This document shows positions 25,401-33,855 of a stretch of DNA of 36,440 nt, in pieces. The position numbers and the translations under genes were made by a program. Below the pieces are notes generated by a model, which ran no database searches, was not told the origin of the DNA, and saw only the letters and a program-made list of their open reading frames with translations. This DNA comes from a virus (lineage: Duplodnaviria; Heunggongvirae; Uroviricota; Caudoviricetes): positions 1-36,440 of IMG/VR virus record IMGVR_UViG_2778261172_000005; one strand, written 5' to 3'. Numbering within the stretch: position 1 is the stretch's first letter; each line of letters starts with the position of its first letter.

Positions 25401-26434
25401 TGAGCAAGAAAAAAGGGAAAACACCGCAACCTGCGGCAAAAACAATGACCGCCAGCGGCCCGAAAATGGAGGCATTCACCTTTGGTGAGCCGGTGCCGGT
25501 ACTCGACCGCCGTGACATTCTGGATTACGTCGAGTGCATCAGTAACGGCAGATGGTATGAGCCACCGGTCAGCTTTACCGGTCTGGCAAAAAGCCTGCGG
25601 GCTGCCGTGCATCACAGCTCGCCGATTTACGTCAAACGCAATATTCTGGCCTCGACATTTATCCCGCATCCATGGCTTTCCCAGCAGGATTTCAGCCGCT
25701 TTGTGCTGGATTTTCTGGTGTTCGGTAATGCGTTTCTGGAAAAGCGTTACAGCACCACCGGTAAGGTCATCAGACTGGAAACCTCACCGGCAAAATATAC
25801 CCGCCGTGGCGTGGAAGAGGATGTTTACTGGTGGGTGCCGTCCTTCAACGAGCCGACAGCCTTCGCGCCCGGCTCCGTGTTTCACCTGCTGGAGCCTGAT
25901 ATTAATCAGGAGCTGTACGGCCTGCCGGAATATCTGAGCGCCCTTAACTCTGCCTGGCTGAATGAGTCGGCCACGCTGTTCCGCCGCAAGTATTACGAAA
26001 ACGGCGCACATGCCGGATACATCATGTACGTCACCGATGCCGTGCAGGATCGCAACGATATCGAAATGCTTCGCGAAAACATGGTGAAGTCGAAAGGCCG
26101 CAACAACTTTAAAAACCTGTTTCTCTACGCCCCACAGGGAAAAGCCGACGGTATTAAAATTATCCCGCTCAGTGAAGTGGCAACGAAGGACGATTTTTTT
26201 AATATCAAAAAAGCCAGCGCCGCTGACCTGCTTGACGCGCACCGCATCCCCTTTCAGTTGATGGGTGGCAAGCCGGAAAACGTCGGGTCGCTGGGCGATA
26301 TTGAGAAAGTGGCAAAGGTCTTTGTCCGCAATGAGCTTATCCCGTTACAGGACAGGATTCGGGAAATAAACGGCTGGCTCGGTCAGGAGGTCATCCGCTT
26401 TAAAAACTACTCACTGGACACTGACAACGACTGA
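25400..26434 (+). CDS. Q: Portal protein gpQ (344 aa)
   Basis: P2-collinear, 344 aa, with a 1-nt overlap with the P stop. Confidence 0.9.
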   Translation: MSKKKGKTPQPAAKTMTASGPKMEAFTFGEPVPVLDRRDILDYVECISNGRWYEPPVSFTGLAKSLRAAVHHSSPIYVKRNILASTFIPHPWLSQQDFSRFVLDFLVFGNAFLEKRYSTTGKVIRLETSPAKYTRRGVEEDVYWWVPSFNEPTAFAPGSVFHLLEPDINQELYGLPEYLSALNSAWLNESATLFRRKYYENGAHAGYIMYVTDAVQDRNDIEMLRENMVKSKGRNNFKNLFLYAPQGKADGIKIIPLSEVATKDDFFNIKKASAADLLDAHRIPFQLMGGKPENVGSLGDIEKVAKVFVRNELIPLQDRIREINGWLGQEVIRFKNYSLDTDND

Positions 26435-26439
26435 ACAAC

Positions 26440-26461
26440 GCCGCCTGCGGGCGGCTTTTTT
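26440..26461 (+). terminator. Rho-independent terminator after Q
   Basis: GCCGCC-TGCG-GGCGGC followed by TTTTTT. Confidence 0.8.
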
Positions 26462-26603
26462 ACACCCCGTCATCACGCCCTCACACACTCACCACCGCAC
26501 AAAACAGCCCGCAGACACACCAACGCCCCGGTGCACAATCTAAACGCCATCAAGACGCGCTCAGACGCTGAAAAAATAAAATCAGCACCACCGCCAGCGC
26601 GCA

Positions 26604-26622
26604 GTGCTTTCCCCGCCTCGCC
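26604..26622. other. cos cohesive-end sequence (19 nt)
   Basis: GTGCTTTCCCCGCCTCGCC is the reverse complement of my remembered P2 cohesive end GGCGAGGCGGGGAAAGCAC. It sits at the expected place next to Q. Confidence 0.8.
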
Positions 26623-26908
26623 CGCCCGCTTCACATCGCCTTTTTAATGCAAGTGCAACGATTCAGTGTTCCAAGCATGGTTTTAGGTGAATAGAGAATG
26701 AGAGGGTAAAAAAAATCATGCAGATTAATGCACCTATAGATGCATTATTAAACTAATAGGATAGTTGTGATATTGGCTGCATTGACTCCACTTGTGAGGG
26801 AACAAACCAACGACAGCGCAAGATTCAACCTGACAATTAACTATTCCCCAGAGGGATATTCTTACAGTATTTAAGTCATCAGTTGATTATTCATTAGCAC
26901 TGCCGTTA

Positions 26909-26942
26909 TTGACAATTTTGTTGTTTTTTGAGATGTTATTAA
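26909..26942 (+). promoter_or_regulatory. Candidate promoter of the cargo cassette: perfect TTGACA (26909-26914) and extended -10 TGtTATTAA (26934-26942)
   Basis: This is only a hexamer reading. The 22-nt spacing between the two elements is too long for them to work together, so the extended -10 would have to act alone. Confidence 0.3.
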
Positions 26943-26975
26943 ATCAAGTTCCATAGATAAGATCATGGGTGGGCG

Positions 26976-27521
26976 ATGATAAATATTAATGAAGAAATTA
27001 ATAATTCTTTCGATGAGTTTGATGAGGAGGATAAACAGCAAGCTTACTTATCTTTCTTTAAAAATAGTTTCCCTTTTTTACTTTGCCCAACTCTATTCAA
27101 ACGCAGTGAAGATCTCCCTCAATTAAATTGGGTGAAAGTAAAATATACTGAGCATGCGGCTCATACTTTCCCAAATCAACAGGGAGTATATATGTTTATG
27201 GTTGGTTTCGAAAGCACTAAGCTCCCCAATAATTCATATGTTATGTATGTAGGAAAGGCCGGCGATACTAATTCCAACAACACAATCTGCAAAAGGTTTA
27301 AAGATTACGTTAATCCATCTGGATTTAGAGACAGGCCCAGAGTTAAGAAACTCATTCAGCATTTTAGTGAGCATTTATATTATTACTATGCAACACTCCC
27401 AACAGGGCAATCCACAGCAGATGTTGAATCCACTTTAGCCGATATTTTCGCACCACCTTGTTGTCAACGAGATTTTTCAGCTAATGTGCGAAGCTTATTG
27501 AGAGGAGTTAGAATTATATGA
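26976..27521 (+). CDS. GIY-YIG-like nuclease-domain protein with an acidic N-terminus (181 aa)
   Basis: QGVYMFMV-x11-SYVMYVGKAG...ICKRFKDY...YYYYATL...ADVESTLADIFAPP follows the GIY...YIG...R...E order of GIY-YIG catalytic cores. The gene is AT-rich. Its stop overlaps the next ATG (ATGA at 27518-27521). Confidence 0.6.
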   Translation: MININEEINNSFDEFDEEDKQQAYLSFFKNSFPFLLCPTLFKRSEDLPQLNWVKVKYTEHAAHTFPNQQGVYMFMVGFESTKLPNNSYVMYVGKAGDTNSNNTICKRFKDYVNPSGFRDRPRVKKLIQHFSEHLYYYYATLPTGQSTADVESTLADIFAPPCCQRDFSANVRSLLRGVRII

Positions 27522-28657
27522 ATCAACGTTTAGTCCTTCCATGTTTGAGAGGCTATATGGGGAGCTGGATTACATATAGTTGCATGATGAGACTTTCAGA
27601 TGCATCCAATTTGATCGGGTTTGCTGAGGAACTCCATCAAATTGATAAATTGTCAGACAAAATACAACGTGAATTAAATAATGATAGGGCTGAAGAAATC
27701 TCTCATTATTTGGTTAGCAATGATGATCGCTTCTTTAACTCATTAGTTGTAGCTGTTTATGATGGCGATCCAAATTGGCATGAAATTGGAGGAATAACTC
27801 CAAACAATGAAGAAGCCTCTTTGCTTGATTTTCCTGAGTATGCAGGGAATTGCATTGGTTTTTTATCCATTACAAGAGATGAAAAATTTTTTGCACTTGA
27901 TGGACAACATCGCTTAGCTGGCATCAAAGCTGCTCTTAAAGTTAATAGCGATATTGCTGATGATCTAATTAGCGTTATTATTGTTGCTCATGCTAATACG
28001 CCAGAAGGTAAAGTAAGATCCAGAAGATTATTTACCACTTTAAATAAAAAGGCAAAATTAGTTAGTAAAGATACCATTATAGCTTTAGATGAGGATGATA
28101 TAGCAGCATGCATAACAAGACGTCTAATTGAGGCAGAGGATTTCATATACTTCAATGAAGATAACGTATCCTTTAACTCTGGTCCTGTTAGAGATAAAAC
28201 GAGCATCACATCTATTGTTAATATATATGATAATGTTCAGAAGTTAGTAGCATATAAATTAGGTGTTAAAATTACCGAGTTGGAAAGATACAAGTATAAA
28301 GATCATATTGACATATACAACTTCATTTCTAATTTTTATAGCTACACATTCGAAGGATGTGAAGAGTTAATCAAAGTAGCTAAAGGTGAACAACCTGCTG
28401 GATTTTATAGAAATTCCGAAACTGGTGGGCATATTTTGTTTAGACCTATTGGTTGGGATTTATATACAGATATAGTACTCTATGCCATGACTCATTTTAA
28501 TCATGACCTTAAAAAGGCAATTCAACACATCACCAAACACAATCTAAACATGTCTGGCTCTATTCTATCCAACAAAGTTTGGTCAACAAAACAAAAGAAA
28601 ATCCTTAAGATAAGTGCTAAAAACATAAAAGCAATACAAAAAAGTTTGTTATCATAA
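27518..28657 (+). CDS. DGQHR-domain (DndB-like, ParB/Srx-fold) protein (379 aa)
   Basis: It carries the literal motif FALDGQHRLAGIK followed by RRLFTTLNKKAKLVS, the signature of the DGQHR/DndB family. The gene is AT-rich and translationally coupled to the upstream ORF. Confidence 0.75.
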   Translation: MNQRLVLPCLRGYMGSWITYSCMMRLSDASNLIGFAEELHQIDKLSDKIQRELNNDRAEEISHYLVSNDDRFFNSLVVAVYDGDPNWHEIGGITPNNEEASLLDFPEYAGNCIGFLSITRDEKFFALDGQHRLAGIKAALKVNSDIADDLISVIIVAHANTPEGKVRSRRLFTTLNKKAKLVSKDTIIALDEDDIAACITRRLIEAEDFIYFNEDNVSFNSGPVRDKTSITSIVNIYDNVQKLVAYKLGVKITELERYKYKDHIDIYNFISNFYSYTFEGCEELIKVAKGEQPAGFYRNSETGGHILFRPIGWDLYTDIVLYAMTHFNHDLKKAIQHITKHNLNMSGSILSNKVWSTKQKKILKISAKNIKAIQKSLLS

Positions 28658-28680
28658 ATCAATTGATACTATATTACTGT

Positions 28681-28719
28681 ACAGTTTAAAAACCGCCAAT
28701 CAGGCGGTTTTTAAACTGT
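28681..28719. terminator. Bidirectional terminator between the cargo cassette (+) and the early operon (-)
   Basis: Perfect 17-bp arms ACAGTTTAAAAACCGCC / GGCGGTTTTTAAACTGT around a 5-nt loop. The GC core has an A-run on one side and a T-run on the other. Confidence 0.8.
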
Positions 28720-28815
28720 CAACCAAGCGTTTCTTGAGCGGTTTACATTCTTAAACCAGTGCCGTATTTAACTAAACATAACATTCCAGCCAATCTGACA
28801 GGTCAGTAACATCCG

Positions 28816-28974
28816 TTATCCGGGCTTCACTTTTCGTCTCGTATATCCATACAGAATAAACGAGCCTCCGCTCTCATAATTACGGTGATTTTTAAGAAAC
28901 TCCGCGCGTTTCTTTCCTTCCAGCCCAAGGTCTAAATATTTTGTGTGCAGCTTTACCTCATGAATTTTTGCCAT
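28816..28974 (-). CDS. Small ASCH/DUF3850-like protein (52 aa), possibly truncated
   Basis: MAKIHEVKLHTKYLDLGLEGKKRAEFLKNHRNYESGGSFILYGY resembles the N-terminal two thirds of DUF3850/ASCH beta-barrel proteins. Its ATG shares a base with the A stop (TAATG at 28972-28976). Confidence 0.5.
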   Translation of the reverse strand: MAKIHEVKLHTKYLDLGLEGKKRAEFLKNHRNYESGGSFILYGYTRRKVKPG

Positions 28975-31265
28975 TATGTCCACTCCATTACAGCTGAGAA
29001 TCCCGGCCACTCATCAGCGACCGGATACGTGAATTTTTTCCCGTCATAATTTACTGTTGCCCCACGCGCCAGCGCCTCAAGCTCCCATCGCTGCGGCCTG
29101 ATACCGTTCTGAGCAAGGTCAACGCGGATACGGGTAATTTGCGTTCGTTCCGACCGGGTCAGTCTGGCCGATGGCGCTATTTCATGTGGTTTTAACGGGC
29201 TTCCGTTTCTCTGCTGACGATTTGGTGTTCTCAGTTCGTGTTTTAATGCACCTCTGAGCGCCCTCACGACCTCTGGCTCATTCCATTCGATAACACCGTC
29301 ATCAACCAGATTAAGCACTGCTGCGGCGTGCTCAGAAGGCGTGGGAGCCGGTGACGAAGTATCACCGTCGGTAAGCTTTCCACAGTTATTGACAGGACTC
29401 CGAGGCGCGGCGATGCCGCTTTTTAAAGTCAAAGGCTCAACGACCGGAACTTTCGGCACAATGCGCCAGTCCGTCGTTCTGGTGATATGAATATGACGCG
29501 CGCCGAGATGCGGCGCGTAAATGCCGACCACTCTCTCGACTTCTTCCTCATACTCGTTAACGTCATCCGACGGGCTACGGGCGACCCTGACAGTCTGACA
29601 ATCGCGCGGGACATTTGCCCCGCCCTGCGCGCTGATATACAGCGCAAAATCGCCACTGTCTGCGGCAGCGCGTGCAGCCTCGACGCGTTCGTCAAACTCA
29701 TCAGCAATGCTGACGCCGCGAGGCAACTTACGTAGTTCACGGTAAGCCCCCATTGTCGGCAGGCCAACCGTTTTAAATTGCGGGATGCGCCACGTTGACG
29801 CCCATGCGGTAACAGCCGCAGCAGTGTCTTTCAGCGGCCTGCCGGTATCGTTATCGAGCTGACCATCCAGTGCATAGCCGTCGATGTTTTTTGAAATGTA
29901 TTTCGCGATATATCCCGCAGCACCGCCCCGGTTAAGGTGTTTTGCCTGAAAACGGTTTCGCGCAGCTCCTCTTTCGTCGCCATCCTCTTTGAGCGCATAG
30001 CGACGCATGATTTCGATAATCTGGTTACGCTGGCGTGGATTACAAAAAAGCATCATATGCCAGTGCGGCGTTCCGTCGTGGTGTGGCTCGACGACTCGCA
30101 AACCGTAGACCTGTAAATCATTATCCTTGAATGCCGTGCGCATCAGGCTCCAGATACGGCAGAGATAACGCTGCGCATCCTTCGGATTAAATGCCTCATC
30201 ATTCCAGCCGTGATTAAGCTGGACGGTTTTACTTTCGCCTTTTCCGACCTGACGTGTCGGATGATACTTTGACGGCGCGGTCAGCGTGATAAACATCCCC
30301 ACATCACCCTCTGCGGCGGCGTAACGCTCAATACCGGCAATGGTGTTCATCAGCTCCATCCGGCGAATTTCAGGATTAGAAATACTGCCCATCACCTTAC
30401 TGATAAGGTCGATGCGTTCGCCGGTTTCCCTGTTTTCAAGGTCACACGATTTAAGAAATTCCAGATTTGCCTGACGGCGCGTACGCACATCACGAATAGC
30501 ATGTTTACTGGCATAAGGTGAACGGTCTTTATTGACCTCCCCGACAGCAATCAGTAACGCCTCATGCCAGCGCATACGCTGGCCTTTAAGCTGATGAGTC
30601 CACCACTCATCGTTAAACAGACGGGCAATGGCAGAATATGCCTGCCTCGTGGTCATCTGCCCTTTACGGTATTTTTTCCAGTAGAGAGGGGAAATATTGA
30701 AAGCTCGTGCAGCGCCAGCAACATGACCATACAGGTGAGCCTGCGCCTCATCCGTAAACAGCGATTCTTTCTCGCCATGCGCATCCACCCAGGCATCGCT
30801 GAGTTCCTCATACATCATGAAAAGCTGCGATGAGATACGGGCGGCAAATTTTTTCAGCTCCTTGTCATTCATTCCCGGCAGGCGTGCATACTGGTCGCGC
30901 TCTGCCAGAAACAGCAACGACGCGTCGGTGTTCATTTCATGGCGCTGATTCACGCGCTCAATGCGCGGCCATAAACGACGCTGAAAAGTGGATGTGAGGA
31001 AATAAAACCCGTGTAGCGGACTTTTATTGCGCCGGATGTAGTCATAGCGTGAAGTAAACAGCGAGCGCAAAAAGTAAGGCAGGCGGTTAATCGTGGATAA
31101 AACACCTTGCACCTGACGCATCTCGTCACGTGTAAGGGTTCTTTCGCGCCCGACGGCCTCGCGTGGCGCGTTCCATGCATAAGCACCGGTAAACGCCTTA
31201 CCGGTGCCTGCAGCAAATGCTGACGGAGGTACGCAGGTGTATTGCTCCTGGAAAGAATGACTCAT
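28974..31265 (-). CDS. A: Replication initiation endonuclease gpA (763 aa), rolling-circle HUH type
   Basis: It has the HUH-like motif EPHHDGTPHWHMMLF and the tyrosine motif GYIAKYISKNIDGY. It is P2-collinear; P2 A is about 761 aa. Confidence 0.9.
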   Translation of the reverse strand: MSHSFQEQYTCVPPSAFAAGTGKAFTGAYAWNAPREAVGRERTLTRDEMRQVQGVLSTINRLPYFLRSLFTSRYDYIRRNKSPLHGFYFLTSTFQRRLWPRIERVNQRHEMNTDASLLFLAERDQYARLPGMNDKELKKFAARISSQLFMMYEELSDAWVDAHGEKESLFTDEAQAHLYGHVAGAARAFNISPLYWKKYRKGQMTTRQAYSAIARLFNDEWWTHQLKGQRMRWHEALLIAVGEVNKDRSPYASKHAIRDVRTRRQANLEFLKSCDLENRETGERIDLISKVMGSISNPEIRRMELMNTIAGIERYAAAEGDVGMFITLTAPSKYHPTRQVGKGESKTVQLNHGWNDEAFNPKDAQRYLCRIWSLMRTAFKDNDLQVYGLRVVEPHHDGTPHWHMMLFCNPRQRNQIIEIMRRYALKEDGDERGAARNRFQAKHLNRGGAAGYIAKYISKNIDGYALDGQLDNDTGRPLKDTAAAVTAWASTWRIPQFKTVGLPTMGAYRELRKLPRGVSIADEFDERVEAARAAADSGDFALYISAQGGANVPRDCQTVRVARSPSDDVNEYEEEVERVVGIYAPHLGARHIHITRTTDWRIVPKVPVVEPLTLKSGIAAPRSPVNNCGKLTDGDTSSPAPTPSEHAAAVLNLVDDGVIEWNEPEVVRALRGALKHELRTPNRQQRNGSPLKPHEIAPSARLTRSERTQITRIRVDLAQNGIRPQRWELEALARGATVNYDGKKFTYPVADEWPGFSAVMEWT
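29389..29408 (-). other. Candidate ori / gpA nick site inside gene A
   Basis: The minus strand reads GCGCCTCGGAGTCCTGTCAA, which matches my uncertain recollection of the P2 A-protein cleavage region. It lies in the 3' part of A, where P2 ori maps. Confidence 0.4.
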
Positions 31266-32269
31266 TCACATACACCGGCATAGACACTACTGCAAACGGC
31301 TTTATCATTCGCCGAAGCCAGTAAATCAAACTGAGTACCCCCACGCGTTGTCATTGTCCAGTCATGGTAGGTTTCTATTCCGTATGCCTCGACTGTTACA
31401 ATCTCAATACGACGTTCTGCGCGTAGCGGATCATGTGTGGATGGGAAAAAAGTGGAATTTCCCCGACGGGAGCACGACGCAACCAGTCGTTCCCATTCAG
31501 CAACCCGTTTTATTTCCTCCGGCCACCGGCGAAAAATTTCTGCCAGTTCAGATTTACGGACATGAATACATGGCATACAACCAACACGGCCACACCCCTG
31601 CTGATATAACGGATTTGGCTTAATGTCATGTCTTCTGGCTATTGCAAATACATCTTCATGCTTCCAGTGCAAAATCGGGCGATATACATGCAATCCGGGG
31701 GTGTTGTCTGCATCCTCTTCCCAGACAGGTAAAGCAGCGCGTGATGGCGATTCCTGAGCACGCACTCCCTGCCAGCTAATCACTTCCTCAAATTCATTGA
31801 GTAAAGGCAATATTACCTGAGAACGCACGGGCTCATGTTTCAGTTCAAATGTGCAAAATCTGGCTTTGGTTGATGGGAAACGCCCCTTCCACAGACACAA
31901 ATCAAGAAACGGGATACCCGTTGGTTTGAGAATTTCCAGCGCACAACTGATGCGCTGGTGCGCTTCTTCTTCCGACATTCCACAATCGTTAACCAACAAA
32001 TCAGGCCATTTGGTCTGGATAAACTTGCGCTTTGATTCAATCCGGCAGGAAAAATCAGCTCTGACTCTTTTAATTGGGCCAAGCCGTTTTTCCAGATAAT
32101 CCAGATATTTCATTGTCTGTGGATGTTCATGTCCCGTATCAGCAAAAACCGGCAATATGGGTACATTTTCTTCAATAGCGACAAGCCACTGAGCAAGGCT
32201 GTCCTTTCCACCTGAAACAAAAATAACATTGATGGTATTTTCAGTATGGCAACGAGCATCAGTAATCAT
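31262..32269 (-). CDS. PP-loop ATP pyrophosphatase of the PAPS-reductase / DndC-like family (335 aa)
   Basis: It has the N-terminal PP-loop motif VIFVSGGKDS and a C-terminal cysteine cluster QQGCGRVGCMPC. ATGA overlaps join it to both the upstream ORF (32266-32269) and A (31262-31265). As I recall the P2 early operon, P2 has no such gene. Confidence 0.75.
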   Translation of the reverse strand: MITDARCHTENTINVIFVSGGKDSLAQWLVAIEENVPILPVFADTGHEHPQTMKYLDYLEKRLGPIKRVRADFSCRIESKRKFIQTKWPDLLVNDCGMSEEEAHQRISCALEILKPTGIPFLDLCLWKGRFPSTKARFCTFELKHEPVRSQVILPLLNEFEEVISWQGVRAQESPSRAALPVWEEDADNTPGLHVYRPILHWKHEDVFAIARRHDIKPNPLYQQGCGRVGCMPCIHVRKSELAEIFRRWPEEIKRVAEWERLVASCSRRGNSTFFPSTHDPLRAERRIEIVTVEAYGIETYHDWTMTTRGGTQFDLLASANDKAVCSSVYAGVCE

Positions 32270-32544
32270 TCAGACGCTCCTCTGGAGAACGCCTCTGAAC
32301 AACGCTTGCTGAGTTGCTCAACCTGCGCGTTTAAATCAGCAAAAGACTTTGCGCTTCCGGTCAGAATATCGTGATGCATCAGGCCGGAAACGAGCTGGCT
32401 TAATTTCGGGTAATAACCAACCACCGCCAGCCATTCCTGACCGGCGTTTTTACCGCTTTCCGCTCTCTTTTTCTCGTGGAGAATAAACTGAAAGCTGTCA
32501 CTGGTAACGACATAACGTTCGCCAATTTCAATACGAATACTCAT
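32266..32544 (-). CDS. Hypothetical early-operon protein (92 aa), positional equivalent of P2 orf83
   Basis: The ORF is chained to its neighbours by 4-nt overlaps. I recognise no motif. Confidence 0.6.
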   Translation of the reverse strand: MSIRIEIGERYVVTSDSFQFILHEKKRAESGKNAGQEWLAVVGYYPKLSQLVSGLMHHDILTGSAKSFADLNAQVEQLSKRCSEAFSRGASE

Positions 32545-32765
32545 GCCATTCTCCGGTAATGCTTGTTTTTTGCTTCAAAGACTGACTGGCAGGAAACACA
32601 ACGCGTGGCTGACGGATAAGCTGCACGACGGGCAGCAGGTATTGGCGCGTCACACTCTTCGCAAACCAGCGCAGAAACACCGCAATGTTTTACCCTTGCC
32701 GCGTTAATCTGGCGCTCCAGTAATTCAGCCTGTTGTTCCTGAATAAAATCTACGTTGTCCGGCAT
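32541..32765 (-). CDS. TraR/DksA-family C4 zinc-finger protein (74 aa), P2 orf82-like
   Basis: CEECDAPIPAARR...RCVSCQ is a four-cysteine DksA/TraR finger. Confidence 0.75.
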   Translation of the reverse strand: MPDNVDFIQEQQAELLERQINAARVKHCGVSALVCEECDAPIPAARRAAYPSATRCVSCQSVFEAKNKHYRRMA

Positions 32766-33070
32766 TACCAGCTCCTTTTGTCGTTCAGCTTCTTAAATTC
32801 ATCAGCGCAATAGCTGGCGATTTCTGTCGTTAATTTTGTCAGTTCATCCACTGAGGAAATTTGCTTGTGGAATACAGCGCGTTTAACAAGTAAATTGACC
32901 ACATCAGACAGGAGGTTTAATTCATTCTGATAAATCGCGATAACAGATTCAGTGATGTCGCGTTTTTCTTTATCAAGACAAAGTTGAATAAGAGACAAAT
33001 CACCATTTTCCATAACGGCGATTTTTAAGGCGTTATTCAGTAATACAACTGAATGAGAACAGGACATCAA
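32765..33070 (-). CDS. Hypothetical early-operon protein (101 aa), P2 orf81 position
   Basis: The ORF is coupled to its neighbours. I recognise no motif. Confidence 0.55.
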   Translation of the reverse strand: MMSCSHSVVLLNNALKIAVMENGDLSLIQLCLDKEKRDITESVIAIYQNELNLLSDVVNLLVKRAVFHKQISSVDELTKLTTEIASYCADEFKKLNDKRSW

Positions 33071-33291
33071 AGTACCTCCCCGCGAGACAATCCGATATTG
33101 TGAAATTTTTCCGACTCCTGACTGAGCAGCTCGACTATCTCCACGCGGGATAACTCCGCCTTTGTGATGTGGCGAATCATGGCGTCAAGATGAGAAGAAA
33201 AGCGCGTCGCCGCGTCGGCCTGTGCTTCGGTTCTGGCCTGTTGCAGCAGTAATGCGTATTTACCGCACTGATTTTCAGAAACTGTATGCAT
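33067..33291 (-). CDS. Hypothetical early-operon protein (74 aa), P2 orf80 position
   Basis: The Met at 33291 has SD GGAG 6 nt upstream. The longer track ORF lacks an RBS. Confidence 0.55.
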   Translation of the reverse strand: MHTVSENQCGKYALLLQQARTEAQADAATRFSSHLDAMIRHITKAELSRVEIVELLSQESEKFHNIGLSRGEVL

Positions 33292-33354
33292 GACTTTCTC
33301 CAGGCAAAAAGAAGCCCCGCACAATTAAGTGCGTTAAAAACTCTGGTTAATTAC

Positions 33355-33855
33355 TTAATGCAGATATTGCTCTGGTTTTACCGACGTCAGAATTGTCGGT
33401 GCATACTCAAACAGGCTGAATAATTCACGTAATGCACGGAATAAAGCATCACGCCAGTAACATGACTCTTCATTAATTCGCCAGTATGGCTGGTTGAATT
33501 CTTTTTCAGTCAATCCGGCATGCATAAATAAAGTACGACGCTGACTGACTGTTAAAAAACTAATATATGCATACTCACTTGCACCGACCTGACGGCGTTT
33601 TGAGAATGCCCCACGCAATTCATCAATTGCACAAACCAGCCGTTCACGTTCGACGTCGTTCATTTCTTCAAAACGCATCGTTGCGTGACGTTGTTTTAAC
33701 TGCGCATGAAAGCAAACTGTTAGCCGTTCGCGCTCCATCATCTGATTATAATAATCACATGTATCCTGCCAGCGAGGAACGGCAAGATGCTTACCAATTA
33801 TCCGGCGCATGGTTGCTGGCTGTTTTTCAACGAGATTGAGCGTCATCACTGTCAT
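33355..33855 (-). CDS. B: Replication protein gpB (166 aa), helicase-loader type
   Basis: The Met at 33855 is 8 nt from SD GGAGG and overlaps the upstream stop (ATGA). The size is 166 aa as in P2. Confidence 0.8.
   Translation of the reverse strand: MTVMTLNLVEKQPATMRRIIGKHLAVPRWQDTCDYYNQMMERERLTVCFHAQLKQRHATMRFEEMNDVERERLVCAIDELRGAFSKRRQVGASEYAYISFLTVSQRRTLFMHAGLTEKEFNQPYWRINEESCYWRDALFRALRELFSLFEYAPTILTSVKPEQYLH

Noticed and set aside
26729-26746. A short palindrome, AATGCA-N7-TGCATT, between cos and the cargo cassette.
   Set aside because: The 6-bp arms are easily explained by chance in AT-rich sequence, and nothing else supports an operator.
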